Source: Botryllus schlosseri
Taxonomy: Eukaryota
Direction of reading: 5' to 3'
DNA: 64,000 nucleotides
Assembly: GCA_051294905.1 (NCBI GenBank)
Contig: CM119372.1
Span: 3,474,001-3,538,000 of the forward strand
Below are positions 1 to 11,979 of this stretch, piece by piece; position 1 is the stretch's first letter; the number at the start of each line of letters is the position of its first letter. Both the position numbers and the translations under genes were made by a program. The notes under the pieces were generated by a model. It saw only the letters and a list, made by a program, of their open reading frames with translations, was not told the DNA's origin and made no database searches.

Positions 1-519
1 CATTTTCAGGGGCACCAGAAATTCGATAAGAATTACAATTAGAACATAGAAACATTTAGAAATTAAATTAGAATTAAAGTAGGTAAAGTAGACATATAGA
101 AATATCTAGCAATCCCAGTGTGTTCGGAATATAGGCCGACACAGTAGTTGAATTACGTGGTAAAAATTCGAACTGATTTTGCGAATTCCAACCTGTCTCG
201 TATCAAGGGCGCTCTGCATCACCTTACTCATATGCAAATTTAATACAGTCGTTTATTCTGTCATAAAGTACCATAAGGTATTAACTTCAAGTTATGTGAG
301 GGGTCGTAAAATCCAAATCAAAATGTTCGATTCCAATCCAAATCCATGCTCATCTCTGACATATGAACCTGCTAGGCAAAATCATATTACGTAAGGTAGT
401 TCGGACCGCTCTGGTATACAGAATATTGTCCCTCATTTGAGTAAGGAAAATTTGGTTCCGCGAGTTACACTTGTAGCAGTGATGGATTGTTAAACTATGT
501 ACTATATACTTGCTGATAA

Positions 520-665
520 CTATATACGATTTTTCGTATACAAAGTTCTATTCTCTACTATAGTTGCCGACAATTACCCCTGACGAGTGTCAGTCTGAAA
601 TATTCTGGTTTATTTCGATATGAATATATTATTCAATTGTATATTGAAGTACTCTACCTCCAAGA
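520..665 (+). mobile_element. Short Penelope pLTR-derived element with degenerate hammerhead motif
   Basis: Matches the PLE 3' end at 11885-12035 (ttctctacta..gttgccgacaattacccCTGACGAgtgtcagtctGAAAtattctggt..atattgaagtactctacctccaag). Confidence 0.8.
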
Positions 666-696
666 GTGAGGCGCGCGTACAGCAGCGACTGTTACA

Positions 697-1127
697 TAGG
701 GTAACCATACGTCCTCCTTTACAAGGATTTGTACTACTTTTTCAGGTTTTTGAAACTGTCCTCCGAGGACGCCTAAATGTCCTCTTTTTTTGGCAATTCG
801 TTCTCCTTTACAGCTTTTACAGCTAAGATAATGGACAAATTCGAGTGAAAATTGGCATAAATGACGTTAGATATAGCATAGACGGACGTTCGAGCGGGAA
901 ATTCGTGGTTCGATCGAAAGTGGCGACCCTATTTTTAGTCGATACCACTAAATTTAAGTAAAAACTGTGTAAATTGGGAGTCGAACGAAAGTGATGACCC
1001 TTTTTTAGTCAACTCACCAAATTTTACCCCAAAAATAGCGAAACCGGCTGTTTTCAGTTTTGATCAACTAACTTTTTGATTTGGTAAAAGTGTTCTCCTT
1101 TCCCGATCACAAAATATGGTAACCCTA
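697..1127. mobile_element. hAT-like MITE
   Basis: TIRs tagggtaaccata / tatggtaacccta; imperfect 8-bp flanks ctgttaca / ttgctaca. Confidence 0.7.
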
Positions 1128-1197
1128 TTGCTACACGATGCGCCTCGGCTAGAGAGAAATGCCCGTCTTTGACAACCATGTTTCCATTCTGCTCTAG

Positions 1198-2858
1198 GAA
1201 TTGAAAGAGTCGGTTCAGAAAACTCGGGAATATCTCGGCGGTCAATTGGGGGAAACCGGCGAAGGTCTCACCGCGCTCGCCAAAATTGAATCCAGCAACA
1301 CCCGCACGTCGATAGAAAACACTCGGGCCATGGTGCAGAGTCTTCACGATGAGTTGAACGATACCAGGAGCGTGATTTTGGAGGTATAGGCTTTCTCGTG
1401 GATTAACATTTAATGTTATATGTAGGGCTGGGCAAAATCGAGTACCTGAGTGATTCGTTTCTGAATCATGTAATATGCTTCGAGTCGAGTCGAGTAATCG
1501 AGTATCACCCATTATGACGTCATCGCAGAATGTAAATCGTCAAAGTTCAAATATAAACCGTTTATGCCTGTTATCAATCTCATAAATGATACTGTGGTAT
1601 TTTCCCGACCATACCGATTTCAATCCACTTGGTCACAATGTTGTGGGATAATCATGATTTCGGAAGTGTGCTATGTCCAGTAACCTTCGTCGCTTTGTAT
1701 TATATGTTTCGTATATTACGATACCACCGATCAAGGTTTCAATGCTTCAACAGTGAAAATTGGTATCGAAACTATAATTCTCGTTGACAAATTAACTTTC
1801 AGTGGCGAGAGGCGTATAATGTCAGTACTCGAAAAAATCGTATTTTACTACTCGACTCAAATCATTAAAATTATTACTCGATTCAGATTCGAGTACTCGA
1901 ATCATTTTGCCTAGCCCTAGTTACATGTACGGCAGGGCTGTATTGACTCGAGTCGCAGTTTTGCGAGTCATTTTCGTAAAATTAGAGAATGACTCGGCTC
2001 GACTTGAGTCAATTTGTACTCGACTTGTACGTGAGTCATTGCGCATGATTCGACCAAGTCACGTGACTTCACAAATTCTAGATGACTGATTCCAGTCTCG
2101 TATATCACGACCCACACTTAAAAAATCGGCCCAGAAACGATCTTTTATGTCTTTGGTAAACGTGTTTAGTATATTATGAATCCGAGGCCTTCGATGTCAC
2201 CCAAGAGTTTTACAGAATTGAGTTGAACTTGAATTGAACTCGATACTGAACAATAAACGCTATGACTTGGACTCCGACTTGAGTCTTAACAATATGACTC
2301 GGTCGTGACCTGGTGGTGAATATAAAATGACTCGGCTTGACTCGTGTCAAAACTAAAAAAAGTAAAATTGACTTGGGACTCGGAATCTTGTGACTTGGTT
2401 ACAACCCTGATGTATAGTGTTGTAGCAGTATCGTGCAGAGGCGGTTAAAATTGTCGGCCTCGGTCTCTCAAGTAGAAGTTGAAGTAACAGTATCTGATTC
2501 CATACAATAACAAGTACGAGTACTGATTTCTGAAGAATTCCAAAACTTCTTCACATGGAAGTATTAAATTAAGGTTTCAGAAGTACTCAAGCTAGCAATT
2601 AATCGGATGGCTTATTTCGGGGTTGCTTGATGAATATCGTGACTGACGCAAACTACATGTTACGAACAGGTACGCAAGGATTTGCAAGAGCAGATGGCTC
2701 AAATGCAGCAGCAGCTCATGGAGAGGAAAGGGAAGGAGCTGGAGGACGCGCTGGAGGAATGCAACAAGAAAATCGATCAAACCAGGAACGAGGTTCTGAA
2801 CAGCGTCGAGGAAATGAAGATGATTTTAGTGAAGGAGAAATACATGACATCGGTTTAG
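1198..2858 (+). CDS. 3' coding exons of a coiled-coil protein gene (5' part not identified, probably upstream of window)
   Basis: Exon 1198-1383 (ag|ELKESVQKTREYL...RSVILE|gt) splices in phase 0 to exon 2670-2858 (VRKDLQEQMAQMQQQLMERKGKELEDALEECNKKIDQTRNEVLNSVEEMKMILVKEKYMTSV*). Heptad-like E/Q/K/L composition. A gtaagt donor at ~2879 and a cag acceptor at ~3670 suggest a 3'UTR intron. Confidence 0.75.
1423..1919. mobile_element. hAT-like MITE family A (cgagta-rich subtermini)
   Basis: TIRs tagggctgggcaaaat / attttgcctagcccta; TSD gttatatg / gttacatg. A reverse copy lies at ~19515-21018 and related copies near 43770-44180. Confidence 0.85.
1933..2409. mobile_element. hAT-like MITE family B (gactcg/gacttg-rich)
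   Basis: TIRs cagggctgta / tacaaccctg and many gactcga/gacttga motifs. Other copies at ~2897-2995, 28760-29230, 36955-37150, 39502-39993, 49220-49640, 51587-52015. Confidence 0.85.
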
Positions 2859-3431
2859 TGATTACCATGCTCTGTAAAGTAAGTTCTGAGATCTGTGACA
2901 GGATTGTAATGACTTGACTCGTGATTTTTTTAGTGACTCGACTTGACTGGAGTAATTTTCTAAAATATGGAAAATGACTCGACTCGACTTGGGGAAATTT
3001 GTATAGCATATACTTACCTTTTTAATTGTCTGTGTGTGAATCACTACTTCTACTTCTACTTGAGTACCAACAATGACTACTTTGACCACCTCTGGACGAT
3101 ACAAGTATCCGTAATCCCAAAATCAACAATCACCCTAGATCTACCATAGGCACTAACCTCACCCTAAATATGACCATTGCTTCAACCCCAACCAAAAAAC
3201 ACCTTACCGTAAATCTAGCCCTAAATCGAACCCATACCACAACCCCAACCCCAAATCCTAAATGACACCCTGTGCGGTTTTATGTACTGTATAATTGCTT
3301 CTCTGACGATATCCTAATTTTCGCATATTTTTAATAGTGGCATCGTCGTCTCATTTTAGGCACTGCAAATATTCAAGAATTATATTCTGCATATCCTTCA
3401 TATTTTCGAATGCATAATGTATTCTTGTTGT

Positions 3432-3612
3432 ATATCAACAATCGTATCACTAAATATTTGGCGTTCGGTGATACGGTTGTTGATATACAATGTTCTTTCC
3501 AATTCTCTACTAGTTGCTGACGATTTCCCCTGACGAGTGTCAGCCGAAAATATTCGGGCTCATTTCAAAATGAATATATTATTCAATTATATATTGAAGT
3601 TCTGTACCTCCA
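3432..3612 (+). mobile_element. Short Penelope-derived element with inverted 5' piece and intact hammerhead core (3516-3559)
   Basis: tgtatatcaacaatcgtatcac is inverted against gtgatacggttgttgatataca, followed by gctgacgatttcccCTGACGAgtgtcagccGAAAatattcggg. Confidence 0.85.
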
Positions 3613-4611
3613 ATAGTATCTTGATATTTCCAATTCATTGGAACTTAATTAATCCGTTGCTCAATTCCAGGACTCCAGACCTCGGTCATTGAGCAAGAGT
3701 TACAAAGAAGACCGTTCTTGTGCCTTCGCGGACGCGAACAGGTTGCATTGATATAAAACCGTCCGTGAGCACGAACCGACGATCCCTGTTACCGAGCATA
3801 TAGATTTCTTCAAGATCTGGAAAGATGGATTTTTCGTCATAGGCCTATACTTTGTTTTGATGTCTCCACGATGCTTGTCAGTACATGCTGTTGTACATAT
3901 AATAGTATTATAGTATAGAAAAGTGGTAATGTCTCGGCTTATTTGATTTAATACACGGAGCCATATACGGTGTGATTCGTATAATTTGAGATGGTGTAAT
4001 GCAACAGGTGTATCGCAGTACGTCAATTTTCAGTACGAATCAATGGTTGCCATGGCATGTACAATGTACATATTGTACATGTACATTGCCATGGCTGTAT
4101 AAAAAGTTATTATGCAGGTTAGGTTAGGTTTGTGCAACGTGCAGACAGCAAAGAACAATTACGACCCTCCAAGAAGTGGCCTTTCGGAATCGTGTGCTCA
4201 AGACAGTGGCGTTCTTGAACCTTTACTAACTTGGGAAACCGGTACGCTAATCTGCAAGCCTCCGGCGAACCCGAAACTTTCGCCTTATCATAAAAAGAAA
4301 AATCTTCGACGTTGCACATCTAATACATTAGCCTACTATCGAATATATAAAACACTATAATTGCTTATCCTCCCTATTCACATTATTTTTGACATGTTTA
4401 TTCAATAACCTGAATGGCGACCCTGCCGAAATGTTTTCACACACTCAACTGTAATGTGGCCGCATTACATTTAGAACGCCTTTCCCTGTAACTGACCGAC
4501 CTGCAAACTTCAACAGGCTGTAATTAGGCTATGATTACTCTCCCCCTCGCTGTCCCTCTCCCTGCAGACTTCAACAGACTGTATCCTCCACCCCCCTCAC
4601 CATTTCTCTTT

Positions 4612-4613
<2 letters not shown>

Positions 4614-4657
<44 letters not shown>
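4614..4657. repeat. (CT)n microsatellite
   Basis: Perfect tc dinucleotide run. Confidence 0.95.
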
Positions 4658-4660
<3 letters not shown>

Positions 4661-4831
4661 CCCAAATACTGAAAGCAAGTCACGACCATTTGCTTTCACG
4701 CGCTTCAAATATCGTTATTCACAAAATTTTGAATTAATATGCTCACGAAACTGCCCCAAACACGATGATCACGCATGCCTCTTCCAGTCCAGCCTCGTTA
4801 TTTGCTATGATTATAATCGAATTCACTACAC

Positions 4832-5602
4832 CAGTGGCTCTCAACCGGGGGTCCGCGAAACCTCCAAATTTGCAAACTGATTGATAACCTAATTTATATA
4901 TGTATATTTAATTGGAGAAATCATGAGGCAGTTTCTCTTCATAACTGCTGAAACCTCAGTAGGCTACTCACATAAAAAGGACGGTCGTCTAAGATGAAAT
5001 ATTCTACTGTGCCATATTATTTTAATTACCAAATTGCCAATAGCCTACTAATACAAACATATTGCTATTTACAGATGTTTTGTGTGCGATTTGGAAAAAA
5101 ATGTTTGAAAAAATCCATGTTCTTCGGTGACATATATAATCGCTAATCCGGAATAACTTCAAGATGACTCTACTAAGTAGCAATGACTAGGCTGGGCGTG
5201 ATATGTTCATTAAAAATCTGTTTCTCAATTTTGGTGCCGTATATTTTGCGATCATACCCACAGCTGCCGTCGGAAGCGTAACGCATTATTATTACATTCG
5301 CCACCAAATATATTTGTGGAAATGCATTCGGCATTAGTTCATATCAAATCGTCGGCGCATATTTTCAAGACATGGCCGCATATTTCGAGGAATGTAGCGA
5401 CAAAGCTCGCATTGAAATAATAAAAGTCTTGCAAATTTCTAAATGAATAATATGATTTTATTTTAAAGAAATGTCATTTTTTTGCTGTTTAGCACTAACC
5501 AACAGTTAATATAAGCGCACGACAGATGACCGCTGCATGGTAATTGAGCTAAATTTGAACTAAAACGGGGGTCCGCACAGACAAAAGAGTTGAGAATCAC
5601 TA
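4832..5602. mobile_element. hAT (Charlie-like) MITE
   Basis: TIRs cagtggctctcaac / gttgagaatcacta; TSD cactacac / cactacat; ggggtccgc subterminal motifs. Confidence 0.8.
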
Positions 5603-6564
5603 CACTACATGTTTTCCGTCTAGAATGCGTAATAGTGACGAGTAAAACGCGCACGGCTTCGCGATTAAATCGGCGCACTATTTATGTGTATCTAAGAAAT
5701 TCTGAATATATCCACACACAAAAAAAAATTTACCTCGATTTACCGCGAAATGTCTGGAAGCAGGGTGGCCAGCCACTTGGCAGTAATATAACATTACCGT
5801 CACTCAATGTAAATTCAACTTACACCCGTCCGGTAATCTAGCTTTACACGCCAGACTGTAATGTTATAGTCACCTCTGGTATATTCAATTTACATTCTTT
5901 CCTGTACATTTACGAGCGAGACTGTAATTTTACCGCCTACCTAGTACCTACAACCCTACATGCTGTCCTTCGTAAATCAGATTACATGCCAGCTTCTAAA
6001 TTCACGTACATCCATACCTATCCCAAAGCAACGCGATGCCAAAATACCGCAAAAGTTTCTTCACGCTTTAAAAACGACATTGGGACAACTGTATATTCAT
6101 TCACGATTCACGATGAAAAAGTATTGCTGCTGGAGGTCTAGTTCTTCTTTAGGAGGAATGCAAATATAGCACAAGTGGTCCCAAGAAAAGGCGAATTAAT
6201 TCCACCGCCGGATAAACTTCCAATTGTTTCTTTTTCTCGTCTTCTTTCCTTCTGTGCGACTAGTATCTTGCAGTTCCACTAAAAAGAACTCATGCATAAG
6301 TGCTATATTAAGCAAAGTTCCTAACCTAGACATGACATTACAATAACTACCAAGACAAATAGGCTAGCAGAAATATAACAATTTTTGAAGTACCGGTACT
6401 GGTACATTGTGTGATGAGGGCTCCGCCGTTTACATGATATAGCAGAGATTCATGACTTACTTCATCTAATGCAGCGGTTCTCAACCTTTTTGGACATGCG
6501 CCACCCTCGGCGATGGCCAAAAAGTTTGCGCCCCCTTCACTTATTGCCACGTCAAAAAGGGCAC

Positions 6565-7536
6565 GGCGCTTCTTCGTTATACGATCATGACAAGCCAGTG
6601 TTCCCCCATGACACCAACAAATGTTTCCCATGAACACGAACAAAAATTTATAAACGTCAAAATAAATTGTTTTTTTGTGTCTTTGTAGGGACGGATATTT
6701 GGGTGGGGTGGGGTAGGGTTACGTGAGGGGGATATTAGGGTTAGGGTTAGGATTAGGATTAGGGGAGGTGGGATATTAGGGTTAGGGGACGGGAATATTA
6801 GGGTTAGGGGAGGTGGGATATTAGGGTTAGGGTTAGGTTAGGGTTATGATTAGGGGAGGTGGGATATTAGGGTTAGGGGACGGGAATATTAGGGTTGAGG
6901 GAGAGGGTGATGTTAGGGGAGGCGGGATATAGGGTTGGAGAGAGGGGGATGTTAGGGTTGGGGAGAGGGGTGATATTAGGGTTGGAGAAGAGGGTTAGGG
7001 TTAGGGTTAGGGTTAGGGTTAGGGTTAGGGACATGATATCCCACCTCCCTAACCCTAATCATAACCCTAACCTAACCCTAATATCTCCCCTAACCCTAAT
7101 ATCCCACTTCCCCTAATCCTAATCCTAACCCCTAACCCTAATATCCCACCTCCCCTAACCCTAATATTCCACCTCCCCTAACCCTAATATCCCACCTCCC
7201 CTAACCCTAATCATAACCCTAACCCTCCTAACCCTAACATCCCTCTCTCCCCCAACCCTAATATCCCCCCTTACCCCAACCCTAATCTTGAGATAACCTA
7301 CCCCAACCTGGCCCTAACCCGCATCCAATCCCCCTTTCCCCCAACCCTAACATATCCCAACCCTAATCTTGGGATACCCTACCCCAACCTTGGCCCTAAC
7401 CCGCATCCAATCCCCCTTTCCCCAACCCTAAACAATTTATTTTGGCGTTTATAAATTTTTGTTCGTGTTCATGGGAAACATTTATTGGTGTCATGGGGAA
7501 CACTGGCTTGTCATGATCGTATAACGAAGAAGCGCC
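6565..7536. mobile_element. Fold-back non-autonomous DNA transposon with inverted telomere-like arrays (Merlin-like termini)
   Basis: ~105-bp near-perfect TIRs starting ggcgcttcttcg; perfect 8-bp TSD aagggcac (6557-6564, 7537-7544); interior is degenerate (TTAGGG)n then (CCCTAA)n. Confidence 0.85.
6700..7430. repeat. Interstitial telomere-like repeats, G-strand array (~6700-7030) then C-strand array (~7040-7430)
   Basis: A pure ttaggg run at ~6995-7030 plus higher-order units such as tagggttaggggaggtgggatat and their reverse complements. Confidence 0.9.
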
Positions 7537-8861
7537 AAGGGCACATCATCTAATACAGAGATAGGCAACCTTTTTGCTAATCACGGTCACATTTCAATTA
7601 CTTGGGTAGCCTAAGGCCGCATTCCAGGGCATAGCCGCATAGCAACCTATATTGCATCAAGTCTGCAGTTCACCAGCTATTACCAACAGCTACCCAGCGC
7701 ACTGAGCTTTAGGCTACTGCCAAATCTATGAAGTAATGAATGACTTACACGTGGGAATTGCTCTAAATCTTCAAAGAATATCAAAAATTTGTTCCAATGA
7801 AGTTGAGTGCGACTGCTGGAGTTTGAATTTGGCGAGCTTTCTTGAATACGAAATAAGTTTCTTCAACAATTGTCTTCTGAAAATGGTTGTGAAACAAATG
7901 TTTAGTCAGAATTCAGACAGACTTAGTTTATTTCTCGCGCCCCGCAGGTGGAGAGCCACTGATCTAATGTATTGAAGCAAAAGGTTCCTCATTTGAGGTG
8001 GCATGTGTGCCAAACAAATCCAGCAGTGGATGGAAACATCTCTGTGCTATGGCCCGAAAATTACATGAACAAGCCAACAGTTTCAACTCCTCTGTGGCGG
8101 ACTATGTGGTGTCACAGGTCACTATGTAAGTCGACTAATATCCCAAAATAGAACAGAGAATGCGGCGAATGAAATATTTCAATAATGAAATTAAAGTCAT
8201 CCTGGTGGTGTGCACAGTCGTAGATATTCACGGTAACAAATACTATGCAGTACTGTACCTTTTACGATGCGTATCCCATTCAGCATTCCTAGGAATCTTC
8301 AACGATCCACTTTCTTCAAGCACAACAAGCTTCGCTCCACCCGGGTTGGAATCCCGGTACGTTTAGCGAGACACCGATTCCATATTGGCGCTCCACCCTT
8401 TGCTCAAATCTCAATAATGGCCAGACGACGATACGACACTCGAACGATTTCAAAATGAGTGGTATTCATCCGCTGACATCCCACCGATAATATTTACTGG
8501 CCACGTTTGATTACGCCATGTTTGATTTAGGTCGTATTTTTTCATACATAAACATTTATCATTACATATAGTCCCTTTCTTTTCCATCTAATCTCGTATA
8601 AATTGACATCTATTCCACGTGATGTTCACTACTTACTGTACTTACTTAACCAGACGCTGCTTGTGATGTCACAGTTGTGCGTTGGTTGTTTACTACGAAA
8701 CTCTGAAAAAGCAGTAACGCGTAACCCTAACCTACTGTAACATGACAGACGCCATGTCCGCCATTAACAAATGGTCAACTGAGCATGCGGTGCTGATATT
8801 TCCAGTTTCCCGAACAATATTATACCTCCTAAACTTAAATAGTATATTCATATTGAAATGA

Positions 8862-8905
8862 ACCCGAATATTTTCGGCTGACACTCGTCAGGGGTAATCG
8901 TCAGC
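8862..8905 (-). ncRNA. Minimal type I hammerhead ribozyme in the inverted pLTR
   Basis: Minus strand reads gctgacgatt-accc-CTGACGA-g-tgtcagc-c-GAAA-atat-TC^gggt: conserved core, stem I accc/gggt, palindromic stem III AATATT. Confidence 0.9.
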
Positions 8906-9504
8906 AACTAGTAGAGAATTGGAAAGAACATTGTATATCAACAATCGTATCACAAAATATGACGTCACCAGCATGAAATTTCGAATGAGAGAGCGTTCAA
9001 TGTACTATTTTTAGGTGATACACGAACTCCTTTTGTTGACAGAGTTTTGGTTGGTGTATTTTGATAAAAGTTGATTCCAAGGCACACAAATGGAATTGTG
9101 AACGGCCTCGACCTACGATTCGAAATCGGTCGTCTCGATAATTATTCGCACAAATCGGATTATCCAACAGATGTTTGCCGATGGCAGAATTAATTGCCTT
9201 TGATCGATCAGCATCAATCTTAAGTGGATGAGTCAAGGGTGAGCTTTTCACATCGCGTGACGCACGTGTTCTGATAAATCTGGGGACATGTTGGTTTATG
9301 CGGTCCTGCAGACGTCTTGACGTTCTTCCCACGTAGCCACAATCACAGTGGCACCTATATTCGTACACTACATTACTTTGTTGAAGTGCAGGAAGCACGT
9401 CTTTGCGTGTTGAAGGGAGCAGTTGTGTTGTTGTAAAAATCACATTGGTTTTGACTGTATCGTAACATTTACCTACAGCAGAAATCAATTGTTTTTCAAA
9501 GCGG

Positions 9505-11844
9505 GTGGAAATGGGGCCAATCCGCCTCAATCCTAGAATGGAACAAGCGTTTTTATATGACGAGATTGGGAAGAATGAGAAGTTGGTTACTACTCTCCGC
9601 CGTGTTTGTCGATCGCTGCAGAAGGAAGTACGTTCAATCCTGTCGTTCTTCGACTTATTTCGCTTCTGCCGTTATTTGGCATCGATAGATACTATCAAAG
9701 AAAAGCAGAATTCAACAAGGAACGAACGTGGCATTAACCGCTTAGTTAGCCAGCGATTCGGTAGCAATGCAAGTCCAAGCAAGAAGAATATACTCAACTT
9801 ATCAGATCATAAGCTAAGCCCGACTGAAGAATTTGTTTTATCCCATGGGCTCAATTTTTGCCTGCCGCCTACCACTGTCAAGAATGAGGAGGTATTTGCG
9901 GAATTTGAAGTTCTCCTCGGCCAATTAAAACACCACGATTCTAAATCAGACGAGGGTATACCTGCTCTCAAAGCTCGGTTATCAGATTTGGCGCATTCGT
10001 ATTGTGGATGCCCGGTCGACAAGGCGGACTTCCTGATGAACAAAGAGTGTTTCCTAGCCATCAAAGCATTGCGATCCAACCCTGAAATCCACATCACCAA
10101 ACCAGACAAAGGATCCGGTGTTGTCATTCTGAACAAAGCTGACTACATTTCGAAAATGGAATCAATATTGCATGACAAAACCAAATTTATCTCGCTTGGT
10201 TCGGTTTCGGAATTTGATAATACACCTAAAATTGAAAGACGACTGACCAACCGTTTGCTGACATTGAAGAAAAACGGTGTCCTAACGGCAGAAACATACA
10301 GCGCCATCAGACCGACGGGATCGCAAAGACCACGCATGTACGGACTGCCAAAAACTCACAAAGACAATGTCCCAGTGAGACCTATACTTTCCATGATCGG
10401 GTCTGCTCACCATCAGCTGGCAAAATGGCTTATTGACATTTTGGAACCGGTTCGGGAATTGTACGGCACGGAATGTGTTCGCGATTCGTTCACGTTCGCT
10501 GGTGAAATACGAAACCTGGATTTGCCGAATCCAGACGTGTTTCTGAGCTCATTTGATATCTCTAGTCTTTTTACGAACGTTCCGCTGCATAAGACTATTG
10601 ATATTTGTGCCAACGCGCTGTACGGTGGTAAGTTACCGCCACCATCAATCCCGCGTAACGTCTTTGTTGAACTTTTACAAGCGGCAACTTGCTGCGTGGA
10701 ATTTAGCTTTAACGAGGTCATGTTTCGCCAAATAGACGGCTTAGCCATGGGAAGTCCCCTGGGACCTATTTTGGCCAATATTTTCGTAGGGTATTACGAG
10801 GGCGAGCTTCTGTCCCAGCGTGAGTCCGCCAAACCACTATTGTACCGCCGATATGTAGATGATACATTTGTCATTTTCAGGAATGAATTGGAGTGTGACC
10901 AATTTCTCATTCGCTTAAACTCGCTTCACCCGGCCTTGCAATTCACAATAGAAAAAGAACGCAATAACTCATTATCATTTCTACACGTATTAGTTGAAAA
11001 GCGCAATACCAACAAATTTGAAACGTCTGTTTTCAGAAAACCGACATTCACAGGCCAATACCTTCGCTGGAATTCATTTAGTCCTCGGCGCAGAAAAATT
11101 AACCTCATAGGCACACTCGTGCATAGAGCGTTGATGATATGTTCGGGTAACAAACTGAGTTTAGAACTTGACTACATCCGAAAAATCTTACTTGATAACG
11201 GTTACCCTGAACACGTCATCAGCCGCGGCATGGAGAGGAAATTAACGCAATTCAACGCAGAAAAACGAACAGAGCCCACCGCACGAACAATAAAAGATGT
11301 TTATATCCATCTACCTTGGATTGGCCCCATTTCCACCCGCTTTGAAAAACAATTGATTTCTGCTGTAGGTAAATGTTACGATACAGTCAAAACCAATGTG
11401 ATTTTTACAACAACACAACTGCTCCCTTCAACACGCAAAGACGTGCTTCCTGCACTTCAACAAAGTAATGTAGTGTACGAATATAGGTGCCACTGTGATT
11501 GTGGCTACGTGGGAAGAACGTCAAGACGTCTGCAGGACCGCATAAACCAACATGTCCCCAGATTTATCAGAACACGTGCGTCACGCGATGTGAAAAGCTC
11601 ACCCTTAACTCATCCACTTAAGATTGATGCTGATCGATCAAAGGCAATTAATTCTGCCATCGGCAAACATCTGTTGGATAATCCGATTTGTGCGAATAAT
11701 TATCGAGACGACCGATTTCGAATCGTAGGTCGAGGCCGTTCACAATTCCATTTGTGTGCCTTGGAATCAACTTTTATCAAAATACACCAACCAAAACTCT
11801 GTCAACAAAAGGAGTTCGTGTATCACCTAAAAATAGTACATTGA
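9505..11844 (+). CDS. Penelope-like reverse transcriptase with C-terminal GIY-YIG endonuclease (N-terminus truncated)
   Basis: PLE RT motifs KPDKGSGVV, MYGLPKTHK..PVRPI, SFDISSLFTNVP, QIDGLAMGSPLGPILANIF, RYVDD, FTIEKE; GIY-YIG NVVYEYRC-H-CDCGYVGRT..RINQH..SAIGKHL..LES. The first codons come from the inverted segment. Confidence 0.95.
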   Translation: MEMGPIRLNPRMEQAFLYDEIGKNEKLVTTLRRVCRSLQKEVRSILSFFDLFRFCRYLASIDTIKEKQNSTRNERGINRLVSQRFGSNASPSKKNILNLSDHKLSPTEEFVLSHGLNFCLPPTTVKNEEVFAEFEVLLGQLKHHDSKSDEGIPALKARLSDLAHSYCGCPVDKADFLMNKECFLAIKALRSNPEIHITKPDKGSGVVILNKADYISKMESILHDKTKFISLGSVSEFDNTPKIERRLTNRLLTLKKNGVLTAETYSAIRPTGSQRPRMYGLPKTHKDNVPVRPILSMIGSAHHQLAKWLIDILEPVRELYGTECVRDSFTFAGEIRNLDLPNPDVFLSSFDISSLFTNVPLHKTIDICANALYGGKLPPPSIPRNVFVELLQAATCCVEFSFNEVMFRQIDGLAMGSPLGPILANIFVGYYEGELLSQRESAKPLLYRRYVDDTFVIFRNELECDQFLIRLNSLHPALQFTIEKERNNSLSFLHVLVEKRNTNKFETSVFRKPTFTGQYLRWNSFSPRRRKINLIGTLVHRALMICSGNKLSLELDYIRKILLDNGYPEHVISRGMERKLTQFNAEKRTEPTARTIKDVYIHLPWIGPISTRFEKQLISAVGKCYDTVKTNVIFTTTQLLPSTRKDVLPALQQSNVVYEYRCHCDCGYVGRTSRRLQDRINQHVPRFIRTRASRDVKSSPLTHPLKIDADRSKAINSAIGKHLLDNPICANNYRDDRFRIVGRGRSQFHLCALESTFIKIHQPKLCQQKEFVYHLKIVH

Positions 11845-11935
11845 ACGCTCTCTCATTCGAAATTTCATGCTGGTGACGTCATATTTTGTGATACGATTGT
11901 TGATATACAATGTTCTTTCCAATTCTCTACTAGTT

Positions 11936-11979
11936 GCTGACGATTACCCCTGACGAGTGTCAGCCGAAAATACTCGGGT
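11936..11979 (+). ncRNA. Minimal type I hammerhead ribozyme in the 3' pLTR
   Basis: gctgacgatt-accc-CTGACGA-gtgtcagcc-GAAA-atac-TC^gggt; predicted cleavage after 11975. One substitution breaks the stem III palindrome. Confidence 0.85.

Larger units (their letters stand above)
6472..7961. mobile_element. hAT (Charlie-like) MITE hosting a nested telomere-repeat element
   Basis: TIRs cagcggttctcaacc / ggtggagagccactg; perfect 8-bp TSD atctaatg (6464-6471, 7962-7969). Confidence 0.8.

Noticed and set aside
1933..2409. CRISPR-like array of gactcg repeats
   Set aside because: Eukaryotic context, irregular short motifs, no constant repeat-spacer period; these are MITE subterminal repeats.
3130..3262. 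Second telomeric array
   Set aside because: Only scattered, highly degenerate accct/aaccc motifs; cannot be supported as a telomeric tract.
6700..7430. Ancient telomere-telomere chromosome fusion site
   Set aside because: Enclosed by TIRs and a perfect 8-bp TSD inside another MITE, so transposition explains it better.
8997..9530. 177-aa minus-strand GIY-YIG ORF as an independent endonuclease gene
   Set aside because: It is the inverted duplicate of the PLE 3' end; its start comes from the junction.
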